A stretch of DNA of 64,000 bases from positions 1-64,000 of the forward strand of contig JYFJ02001950.1 in assembly GCA_000934665.2 (NCBI GenBank), given 5' to 3'. The notes below the pieces were generated by a model that had not been told where the DNA came from, made no database searches, and saw only the letters and a program-made list of their open reading frames with translations. Made by a program: the position numbers and the translations under genes. Shown here piece by piece: positions 29,019 to 40,804 of the stretch. This DNA comes from Catajapyx aquilonaris (taxonomy: Eukaryota). Position 1 is the stretch's first letter; each line of letters starts with the position of its first letter.

Positions 29019-31235
29019 TCCGAATAATATTATTTTATGAAAATCATATTTTGGCCCCTGTAAAGTGGGCAATGTGTGATTCAAAAGAGGCACATTAGTA
29101 ACCTGCTTTACAGGATAAGCTCAATATGGGTGTACACTGTACAGTACTTTTCACCAATAAACTGAGGTATACATACAAAGAGCACGAACAGGTTGAGCAT
29201 AAAGGCGTCGCTTGTTATACCCTGGAGTTTGTTACAAAGTGAAACAAAAGTTTGTGAACCGCTCGAGACGACTGTTTGCACAAGAGCTCCGGTTGCATTG
29301 CAGGTGTCGGTGTCAGTCTGTATCGTCCAACCCCTGATTCATTGTCGGAGTCAAACGAACTCAATTTGACTTGTCACGACCTGGAAGCGACGTCAAGCAA
29401 CCAGATTGTTTCCTTAATGACTCACGCATGAGTAATGTTGTAATCAGGTACTTCACGCACGTTCCTGTTGACGCAACTTGCTTGTGATAGGCTTTGCACC
29501 AGAAGAGGTCAGAATCCTGTTAATGCGCTCTATTAAGGGCATCCCCATGAGATTCTGTTTGTTAAATGGGCCTCTGGAGAGTTTTGCCGCCGAGTCTTCC
29601 GCGCTTGTCATAATCACCGGCTCCGAATCGATGATTACGCTAATTGACGAAATCTAGACCCACTAATGGCATTAAACCCAATTCGCCCCTTCCGAAACAA
29701 ATAATCTTTCATTATCCAAAGTGCAAAACTTGGACCCCCCCCCCCTTGAAAATCACATCCATTTCGTGCCTGTTTGGACGTGATCCGCCAGCATAAGATC
29801 GGGCATACACAAAAAACCAGACTTGAAAAGTGTGAAAGCCTCTCTTCTTCTGGACGTCTCCATCCATCACTGGTTTCATTGTCACTTTGGGCGAATAAAT
29901 ATCAGGCCGATCGATGGTCGATATGGATAGTCTTGATGCCCATGGATCTTCATCATTTTTTTTGCGCCTCCAAACCCTATACAACACTTTAGCTTCAATA
30001 TTAGAGCCTGGCTTGAAACCTGAACAATGAGTCTTGTAGCCCATCAAGCCGACATTGGACAATGTCAAGCCGGTTATTGGCTGAATTGAAAACATGATTA
30101 AAGATCTTAATGGTATTCTGCGCACAACTAACGCGATGAAAATTGTTTGTCGCAAGAGCCAGAATGAATCGATTCCTAGATGTGATGGGGGGAAAAAGAA
30201 GAGGACCGGTTGGATGCCCCTAATTAAATATGCGAGCTTTCATGCGCAAAAATTCCAATCGAGGGTAGGATCCAAAAATTATCTGGATGAGATTCGAGCA
30301 TAACTTGTACGCAATTCACATTTTCTGGACGGAAGGTTCGACTAACTGCGATTTTTTACGGGGCATTACGCACACCGTTCCTCGATCATGAACGTGCATT
30401 ATTCTCAGCACATTTTTGTGTCACTGACTATACTTTTCGGAAGAGGCGAGGTATTTATGTTGGAGCATTTCAGCGAGAGGTTTATGAAAGCTGAACGGTT
30501 CGAGTTCTCTTAGGAGTAAAAAAGACCAGAACACTCCTCTAGGTTAGTAACATCTGGGATTTGTCGAGATAAAATGTAAAAAAAAAACTATTGGAAGAGT
30601 CCCAAACAATGTTTTTTTTGTGGGCTGGACATAGAAAAATAACAAATGGCTTCCACTGCACCGTTCCTTATGGGCTGACTCATCTCCTATAAAAATTCTT
30701 TGATTTATTTGGACAAATTGTGCAAATTTTACCTGTCATTGTTCTTACACAATATGCTTCTGTTGGCAGCCCTGAAACTCGGATGTTAACATTTACAGCC
30801 GTTTTAGCAATACGTGATTATTCTCTCTCTCTCAGACCTGTGCATTTGTCAGATCTGATTCCGTGAATAATGCGATGGTAAATTTTCTAGGCGTTTGGTA
30901 CGTTTTTTCCGCTATTCTCCAATGGTACTGTAGTGTAGATCAATATTTATGAGACCGGAAATGAGATTCTTCTGAATCCGTAGCTGGCAGTGTAAGGGGG
31001 TAGAGTCAGTTGAAGAAAAGGTCAACCTTTTCCTTTAAAAAAAACGGAAGGAGTTGAATAAGGATAATCTGATGGAATGAGCGTTGCTAAGAGAAAAGGC
31101 GCTTCAAGTCATATGCCCGAATTTTTTTTAATTAGTCATCTCCCCGCTACGTTAATTAAACACTTCCAGTCCACGGTCTCGAATCGTATTTTTCATGATG
31201 TGATTGCCTCAGTTGCCTGGTCCAAGGTTATCTTA

Positions 31236-31304
31236 CAGGGTGTTTTCTAATGAGACGATGGGCTAATGAGCTAATATTTCTCCTAATCATTACGGAACAC
31301 CCTG
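31236..31304. mobile_element. Ultrashort Tc1/mariner-type TIR element (69 bp)
   Basis: TA|CAGGGTGTTttcTAATGA ... TCATTAcggAACACCCTG|TA. Confidence 0.65.
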
Positions 31305-34300
31305 TACACAACCTACAGGATATAACTCCTTGAATATTAAAACCACCCTGGGGACGTTACAAGTTTATAGCTGGCACTCCCGCTGTACTCGACATATTAT
31401 ATTCTACTTAGCCCCCCCCCAAAAAAAAAAAATTATTTGCCTCCCNCCGCCTTAATGACATCCGAAGCGTGACAGATGTAACTAACGACCCCGATTTTTT
31501 CTACAGGGTGTCAAAAAAGAAGCATCACAACACATTGGTGCAACCGTCAAAATACTGGCGGTTTTACTTCTTCCTTAGTGAGAAACTGGCAGGAAAAGGC
31601 TTGAATGGCAGCGGCGGCACTTCGGACCAAATGAATTCTTTGCAAGGAGTCGATAAAGTTAATCGATGCTGACAGGCAGACAAGGATGGGTTGGATCGAG
31701 GGTTTTCTGGGGGTAAGACTGAGAAAAAAAACAACCCCCGGACCTCTGTGGGGAAAAGCTCGGGTCAATCCGTCCCAACTATAAACTGTAGAAGTGGACG
31801 AAGAGACGTTTCCTTCTCTCTCTTTTCCTCATCCTTCACCTACATATACCACGAAGAAAAAAAATGTTTCTATTCCGGTTTGCAACCCCTCCATAGCCTT
31901 CCCATTCAGACTGCGTGCTTGGTGAAAAACCTTGTCATGTTGCTCAGGTGCCAGAATTTGCATGGGAAAGACGAAAATTGTCGTCTCTTCAGAGCGTGGG
32001 CATGGTGTGCAAAAAATAGTTGGTTTTTTGGCTGCAAAATTCAGGCCATTGCTTTAAAAACACAGGGTGCTTCGTAATGAATAAATTATCTAGGAGAGAG
32101 TACCATTATTTTGTTTACAAAATATATCCTGTTTTTGGACATATGTACCGAACCACTGTCATGATTCAGACATGCTCTAGATTCATTGTACAGAGTGGGT
32201 ATTCATACACAGGCTTATCCTTGCAATTTTTTATGACATTCAGTTTCTGCAACAGTGATTACTATAATGCAGCTGGTTCTAAGCCTAATTTTTGATGCTG
32301 CAGAACAGACGTTATATGACCAGCCTAGTCAGCAGACACCCTAGAGTATTTATTCAGCTTTTTAGCTAATTGAGGCACACTTCTAAAGAACCTGCTTTCC
32401 GTTGCACTTCGCTGCCGCGTATAGTTTTCGCTCGTCGGCTCAGCAAGCAGATCAAAAAGAACCTCCCAGCGCCAATGAAACTTGTTATGTAGTGCACACC
32501 ATGGTGTAATCATCTGCCCCGTTCCAGTTGCCCGGTTCATTAGAAGAACCAAAGAACCTTCGGTGAGGCGGCGGACATTGGTCCAAAATAAAAAGCTTTT
32601 TTTCCGTGAAAAAAGTTAATCCGGATTTCAGCTAGCAAGGTTAAATTGGGGCAGTCCGGCTAGAAAATTAGCCTTGTTTGGACCTCCCTGCGAGCGCAAT
32701 ATGGCTTTGATGCTAAAGCAGGATGATGACGCGCTTACTCACTGGCTCATTTCATACACGTGGAGGCGGCTGGGTATAGAGTAGATATGTATAAGGAGTC
32801 TCTTCCGCTCCAGAAAATAGTTTGACTTGCATATACATAAGTCCTAGGGCTTCATTTCTTCCGGAGACGGAGGCATTGCTGGGAAGGCCCCCGGGCTTTC
32901 ATTCCTTGCCAATTCAATTATGCATACTTTATATTATATCCTCTCGGAAATTGCATTCGAGTTTAATACGCTGATACGACTTGAAATGAGACTCGGCTCA
33001 TATTACGTGATCTAACGGAGAATAAAAGGCAGGAATGAAAGTTATTGCCGGGGAGGAATGATGTTATATATTTTATTAAGGTGCACCGCCCTCGAGAAGC
33101 AATAAATTACGAGGTTTTTCCGGGCATTTATTGATGGTATGCGTTATGATCAGGGTAATAATATATTGGGTCACACACGACCGTTTATGAATTTGAAGAC
33201 CTGAAATTAGGTTGACCACAGTGGCATTATTACACAACATTACAATAATGGCCGCAAGCCTTGTTTTAAATAGGCATGTAATTTTGTTATAGTCTATGGC
33301 ATAAAAACCGTATAAAAATTATACGCTTCAAAAGGACACACAATCACGCCCAAATAAATTTCACATAATGTAACTCTTCATTTTAGCCTTTAGGTACGGG
33401 TACCACATTCATTTGAATCACAAATAGTGCTTATAATGAAGAGGGTAGAAAACATAGCAAGATACTGTAACTATGATGCTTGTTAAACCGCATAGGTGAC
33501 TACACCCGTTCATAAAATGGTCTCCTCTAATCATGGGCCTCACATGCAGCTAGGTTTGTTTCGGGGAATTTTCACTTGATGATGACTGCTGAACAAGGAC
33601 TGCAAAACATCACCATTGTAGACCAGCATTATTCATTTGAATGATACCCGTGGCTTAGCTGGTGGCGCAAACAAGCGGTTGTTATGCCTGTCCTTTATTA
33701 ATTTGCCTTTCATCAACTCATAAATTCGTGACGGCTTATACTCCTTTTTTATGGTGAATATCCGATGAATATGCCTGGGGTTGTCTGCGGCCACATCGCA
33801 ATTCATTTTACTAAACAATGCTAAGAGGTTTACCGCCCGGTTTTTGCACATGTCGGTACATTGTTGCAGTAATTGCTGAAGTAACGCTTAATAAAATACT
33901 TACTCGTCCCCCGCTGTGAATTTAATGACGTATGGCAGGAATTCGCGTGATGTTTCTTTTTAATCTTATTAATAGCCGTTCGCCTCCGCCGCACATCCTC
34001 TGACGTCAGGCGCTGGCCCGCAACCAAAGGCGCTTTGTCAGGCTCTGCCAAAATGAGAGTAATAATGGAAATGCAATGTGCGATCCCACATCGGCCCTTG
34101 CAGTTCCTCATCACGCCAAACACAGGGGGGGGGGGAGTCTAATATGCGAGAGCATGATCAGAAAACGCCTAAATCGCAAATTAATCCAATTTGGTTTTCG
34201 CGGGACGGATCGCAGTCCGGAGCTCAGTTCTTCCGAAATGGACTTATCGAGAAAGGCTGTCTGTCGATCGGCTGAGAGTCGGAATATATTACTAGGTGAG

Positions 34301-34720
34301 CAGGCACCTGTGCTAATGACAAAAAGGCGGGGTTCTATTTTCACGGGGCCGAAATGCCCGGGTTGTCAAACCCCCAAGGTTCTCTTAAAATAAGCAATAG
34401 GACCTCGAAGTTCCTTCAGCCCGCTCAAGACGGTTTGCTACAGTGGCAAAATGAAGGTGTAAACGACACCGGATGGTTTGCTGTGGGTTGAAATTGTTGC
34501 TTGAATGAAGGGTTGTTGCCTCGTTGTTGCGGGGAAACCCCTAGTTTTGTGTCCAGTATTCCTTTATCAGGACAGTATGTTTGTTCACCACTAGCCTACG
34601 ATTTAACAGAACATTCCGTACTCTTTAATATGCAGCATTTAAATAAAGAAAAGCCATATATATTAGCCATTACATTTTTTGAATTAATTTAATATTATAC
34701 ATTATATAAAATCTCATATA

Positions 34721-34788
34721 TAGTGAAACCTCGATTCATCCTGTTGAAACAACGATGGATCCGGGAACGATAGATCGACCTTTCACTC
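34721..34788. mobile_element. Ultrashort degenerate pogo/Tigger-like TIR element (68 bp)
   Basis: TA|TAGTGAAACCTCGATTCATC versus the reverse-complemented right end TA|GAGTGAAAGGTCGATCTATC. Confidence 0.5.
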
Positions 34789-37168
34789 TATATTAATTTA
34801 TAAAATATAAATATATTATAAATATAAATGTAGCCTAATAATTCTATTATTGAGCATATCGGATTTGTTCTTATGGTCAAATGTTACATCAGTGAAAGTC
34901 ATACGGTGGAAAAGATATGATTGTTCTAATAAAATATTTCGTTGGGCTTAAAATTTTTATTGAAAAAAACTACAAAATTTCACATAGCATTGGTATTGTT
35001 GGAGGGGGTTATTCTCTAGATTATTTCAAAAAAGGGGCGAGACAAAGGATGTCGATCTCGTTTGTTTTTCCGGCTTGGCTGCTGTCCATTGCAATTTTCA
35101 TGCAGATTTTGGCATCGCCAACCAACTTCGGGGGCTTGTCATGCAAACTGCAAATTTCGAGCAGTTACATTTCCATTAACAATGAATGACAATGATGATA
35201 AACACGCTCCTTACTTACGGTTCTGATAGAGAGTGGGTCTGATGTGTAATTCACTGGTGGGCCAAGTGGAGCTTGAATGTATTCGGATGAACTCGGGTAA
35301 TGAACTATTTGCAACTATTTGAATATAGCAACACACATTTCGCTCCAATGAAAAGACGGCATGCAATTATAAGCTGTTTTTTACTAACTGATTTATTCAT
35401 TTCCGGGACTGTGTTAATAATTTAAGCCTCAAAGGGAGCATAGTGCTACCGTTTTATGACCGCAAGCGTATATGCTTCACAAAGTTCACACAAAATAGTC
35501 CTACCCGCAGCTGAAGCATATTCTGCGAAACGTTATTAGACAGAACGGAAATTTGAATATTTCTGCTCCTATTTGTTCCCAACAAAAATCGCATACAACA
35601 GAATATTTTACCAGCAAATTTATTTTTATAACACCCAAGCCCCTTTCGTGATTTGGTACAACCGTAATTTTCGCAAAAATTTCCGGTCCAACCCCAAAAA
35701 AGATTTCCGCCTCCACAAATCATATCATAAAAACTTCTTACACCATCCAGATGCTTTAAAAGTTTAAAAAATGCACTTACATACACCCCGATACTTCCGC
35801 AACACCACCACTTTTGCTATTTTCCTCCCGGATGGAGGCCAAATGTTCAAATTTGAAAAGCAGAAGTTATTTTGATACCCATCGGAATGCTGACTGACAC
35901 CCTCAAAAGAGCACCATATCCGCTTACAACTTAGCGAATACCAGAAACCTACAATTTTCTCGCCCTCTACGTTCTAACAGATAATTTTTTCGTCCAGTCT
36001 GGAATGTATCACTCTGTAGAGATTAGTGAAGACATTACCCGGGGATAGTCCGTAGTAGAGGCTGGCAAATGTTTTTCACTCAGCATTTCCTACTAATCAA
36101 CCTTTCACCGTCGTTCTTTCACACCTGATGGCCGTCCCTCATCGGTGCTGGAAGCTTAATTTTTCATCCTAACCCCTCATTCAAGAGCTGCTAACTTGGA
36201 GGTCTCAACGCCTCATTATACACCTTCAAATGCTAAGTGCGCTTATTGACATCAAATCTCCGATTAAAACCTTCCGGCCTCGACACTAACCTGATTACAT
36301 TTTCTAGCTGCCAGATACGCTCTACATGTCACTTTTTTTTTATCCGCCCACGCTTCAGGATATACCTGCAGACGAAAAAGTGCTAACGAGGCTACTTTTT
36401 TTCTCCCAAATAGCATCAAAGTGATAGCATTACAAAATCACCAGGGGAGCGATGCATTTTAACTAATCGAAAACTAACGTCCCAGACATACTGTAAACCG
36501 ATGCAACTCTCTAATTACTCTTTTGGGCTACTTTTTTTCTCTCTGCAAATGTACGCTTCAATATCGAATCGCGTTGCTGATTTTACAACCTTTTTTTACT
36601 GTAGCGGTGATTTTGCACTGCATAGCTAGAGATATTGAATAGTCTTTTACTGTATTGGCTTTTTGGGGAAGCTCTTTGATCTGCACCTTTTTTTTCCAAG
36701 CCTTTGTAACACATTCCGCCCAGGTTCTTTGGCTTGTGGCCCAAATGAAGAATTCTGTTTGCATATTTGCACAGGGTCTTATGTGTGTGTGTGGGAAATA
36801 GGGGGTGGAGCCTTAATTGAGTAGGAAGAGATTATAGTGGGCGACTAGAGGTCAAGGTGAACTTTGGCCCAAAAATAGGATTCACGGCTAGGTTTCTTAG
36901 TCGTCGAGATTTTTTTTCGGGGATATTGCCTAATGTTCCCCGAATAAGAGGACGGTTTGTGTCGCATACGTCATCCGAGTTCGTTTGTCATACTTTTAAA
37001 TTACTGTATGCATCAGTCCAAGGTGCGTCATGTAGTAATGGTGAGGGACTGGAATTTTTATCCTTGTATAAGTGTGGCGTCATTGTGTAATTGAAAGTTT
37101 CATTAAAATCGGAATTTAATTTGTTAGTTAAATTGCGAAATTTCAGGAGCGGGAGCGGGGCAAAAATT

Positions 37169-37263
37169 ATGCATTACTCGCTCCAGTCGCACAAGCGCAT
37201 TAGTAAATCATGATGCGCGCGCAGACTTGTAAAGCGCATGCGCGGCTGGAGTGAGTAATGCAT
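37169..37263 (+). repeat. 95-nt imperfect inverted repeat (hairpin)
   Basis: atgcattactcgctccagtcgcacaagcgcatta pairs with taaagcgcatgcgcggctggagtgagtaatgcat. Confidence 0.8.
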
Positions 37264-39748
37264 CACGTTTTTCCAAGGTTTGACACTTTAAGTTCAGAAC
37301 TTTCAAACATTTTAATTCAAACGTGACTTTGAAAGTCTTACAAGTGAGACTTTTACGCATCATTCAAATTGCAAAATGAGAAAGTTATTTTCACATTTAA
37401 TATTGCATTAATTATTTAAAATTCGGCCTCTGCCTTTATACCATTGTAAACCCCATTCAAGTCTAATTCTATTTCAAAATTTGCAGTGACTTGAATGACT
37501 TTTACTCCCTATAGCAGCCCATTACTCTTTGCGAAAGAGCAACGTTGAAATGTGTCGTAACAGTCCAAATTCCGATGTACCTGTAGCTCTCTTGGTACTT
37601 CTACATGTTGCTAGTTCTGTGACGAGGATTGGTTAAAAATAGTGTTGGGCTGGGGGAGGTGATCCCATGGCCAGGTTGGAGACCAAGATAGACGCCATCC
37701 ACTAGCACCCTCCCCCTTCTTCTCTCCCTCCTACTCCCACACCACCCTCTTTCTAACACTCAAGAGGTTGGTAACTCAGCACTTTGCAGTCATTCCTCCT
37801 GGCCCGTTAGTTGGACAAGTGTCCTTTTAACTCATCTTCGTCTCTTGCTGCTAGCATATACCCTGAATTTATAGTGAACACGGATTGTGATCCAGACAGT
37901 GGTGACCTTTTGGCTTCCTCTTCAAAGTGAGGAAAGACAATTGCTACTAGACATTGGAGCTGTGATTTAAATAGGTGCGATGGTTGTGTTTTCTTTGTTT
38001 CAAAGTGGTTTGTGGGAGTTTTTAATATCGACTTTAGGGAGTGTGGTGGACATGTTATTTGCTCTGAAGAAAAATCTGATACTTTACCTGAGGGTAATCC
38101 CGTTTTTAAAAATGGAAACAGTGGTTTATCTCAGCATAATGGGTTTATCGAACACTGGTACTTTTGTAGGAAAATTTAAAATGAAATGCCAGATGCAGTA
38201 ACTGTCCCGCTGAAAATCTCTAGGCCCCTGGCAGTATATGCAAATAGAGTTAAAAATGTGTTCTTCACACACATTATAGTACGGTACATCAACCATGAAT
38301 TTATGCTGAACAACTCAGGAAGCTACTCCGTCAATGTTAAGTTGAAAAATGATATCGTTCATATTTTTTTGCAAATATTCGGTCTGCTCGGTATGACCAA
38401 AATGAGCTGTCTTATTCATCATAATAGAGCTACAGTATCGTACATTTTCGAGGCCATAAAAACACTGTGCCCTCCAACCATTGGCAGACATGCAAAGCAG
38501 CCATTGGCATCGTAAAATGACACTTTTGAGCATTAAAGGGAGCCATGATTTACTCCTCTACACTACTTCAGAACAGCGGTGAAAAACGAAGCGTGAAATT
38601 GGCGGATTTTGCCAGGGTAGCTAATGTTATGAAAAGCCGACAGAAATTTTGCACGTCCTGACAGGTGAGACGTATAGACCTCCGAGGCCTAAAATTCATA
38701 ACTGCACTGGAAATATGGTCGCGTCAGAACCATTTATGGACTGTACAATATTTCAAGAGCTTCTCATACGAATATTTCACTCGCCTTTTCTTTGACAGTT
38801 TCGAAAAACTTAACAATCGAATTTTCTTCCACCCCATGAAACCATGTCTCAAGTCAATTGCAGCGAGACTGTGCAAGAGGACAATAATAGCTTCAATGTC
38901 AACACTTGTCGCAAAGGTGACTCATTTTGTAATGGCTCGAGTCACGTGGGACCCGCGTTGGAGGCAAAAAAAATAATGATCATTGCCAATAGCATTTTTG
39001 TCTTTAGTTTGAAAAAGGTGTGCCATCTGCTGGACTTGCTATGAACTACTCGGAATTTTGCGCAAACGCCAGTGCCTTGAACCCATGCTTTTGTTTATAC
39101 AGCCCTCATTTGCACAACATCCCCGCTTCTTTGTAAGCGCATTTCAGTGACATACAACATATAGCGCGCAGTCCTCTGTGAAGACATCCAAATTGCAATA
39201 GGATAACGATTGGATTACGATATTGTATTTCCATAACAAGCCCATCCCCCAAATAAAACCTCTGCTTCTGCCTTATTAGGGGAATTTAGGATTAACTTGC
39301 AAACTAATCCTATGCAGCGGTTGCTGTGATTCGGGTACACGGACAACCCGAGCAAAGAAAGGAACTGGAAAATTCTGTAACCTTGTTTGGAACGGATAAT
39401 ACACAGCGAGGGGGAAGTCATTAGTAAAATGTGAGCCGTGTAATCGCGGTATTTGCGCACAGCTTTATTGCAACAAATTCCCCCCCACCCTCCAAAAAAT
39501 TCAACAGAGGATGAATACACGTATCTGGTATAAGGCCTTTTGCATCCGTACGAGAGAGAAAAAAAAAATATCGATTGTATCATGCCTCCTCTCTTTTTAT
39601 TAAATTCCACGTTGGCACTTTGATAAGCTACTTTCTCATAAATAAAGGCGGGTTTGGTCTTGCTGGGTAAAAGGAATGCGGCCTTGATTCTGTTCCCTCC
39701 CTTGAAAGATTAACTGCAATAATTTTAATCATATTTATTGTGTTTCAG

Positions 39749-39832
39749 ATTTGCATGGCTTCCAAGATGAGTTGAGTCAGGAGGCGGAACGTGAAAACGT
39801 TCCGCCGTTCATGGTGATTTATTCTACAAAAG
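39749..39832 (+). other. Candidate upstream (5'-UTR) exon of thin
   Basis: Acceptor ttattgtgtttcAG and strong donor AAG|GTAAGA, same strand and 3.4 kb upstream of the acceptor at 43282. Confidence 0.4.
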
Positions 39833-40576
39833 GTAAGAACCGTCGCACTAAAAACTATATTCTACATAATGTATGTCAGCAAACCCCTCCCAAAAAATGG
39901 TGCAGTCTTGCTATATTTTTTGTGCGCCTCCTTTCAAAAAAATGGAAAAAGACTTTGTGCATTCTGAAGATATTTTCAGCTCCTGGCATAAGTTACCCTA
40001 CCCCCAGGCAGGATGTAAGGACACTTTATTTTCTCCCTTGCTGGCAAAACGGCAAAACGTCACACCCGATAGGACCTCTACCTGCATTCGAGCTGACTTA
40101 AAGATATTTTTTATCCACACAATTTTTTGGGACAAAAAAAATGGATAATTAGTTGGAATTGGGCCTTGGGGCATATTTCTGATCTCTCTCCGGAGCCCCC
40201 TTTCGGCTTTATGGCTTAATTAGTGCTGATAATAAATCGCGACCTAGGTCACGCAATAATGGGTGGTGCAATTTTTGCTGAGAGCGTACTGTATAAAGAT
40301 TGCGAGCGCATTGTCTCTGGCAACGAGGAAGGAAAATAATGGGCAAATCAACCGAGCGCGGCGAAGAAATAAGCAAGAAGCCATAGTTCACTCTAAATGG
40401 TTGGGAGCTTTAAAAAAATTGCACGCGAATAAATGGTGCAGATCCTACAGGATTATAGTTCAGGCCCGGTTGTAACTATGTAAGCAACAATTTTTTGAAG
40501 AAAATTTTTTGTGCTGATTTTGCAGATGTATCCCAGGCCTAAATGAGTTCAAGATGCGGGAGTACATTGACAGAGC

Positions 40577-40804
40577 CTATAATTAGAACCTTGGCCATAT
40601 TTAGCTCCAGGGGTGGGTTGAATCTTTCGCATACTACCGCTGTGCGGCAGTAGAGAGATTTTTGGGTACGCAAACGGGGGTTTGCGAGAAAAGCGGTGCG
40701 TGCATATGTGTGTGTAAGAAGAGATTGTGAGTGTCTGATGATTATCTGGCCATAGAGCGCCCTGGAGGCGTTGTAATAGGTCTGCCTCACATAGTTTAAA
40801 GCAG
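40577..40804 (+). promoter_or_regulatory. Candidate muscle promoter or first exon: MEF2 site, CArG-like box, strong donor
   Basis: CTATAATTAG (40577-40586) fits MEF2 YTAWWWWTAR; CCATATTTAG (40595-40604) is one mismatch from CArG; donor CAG|GTAAGA at 40804/40805. Confidence 0.3.

Noticed and set aside
18465..31446. Single N bases at 18465 and 31446
   Set aside because: Both are in poly-C runs and are sequencing or assembly ambiguities.
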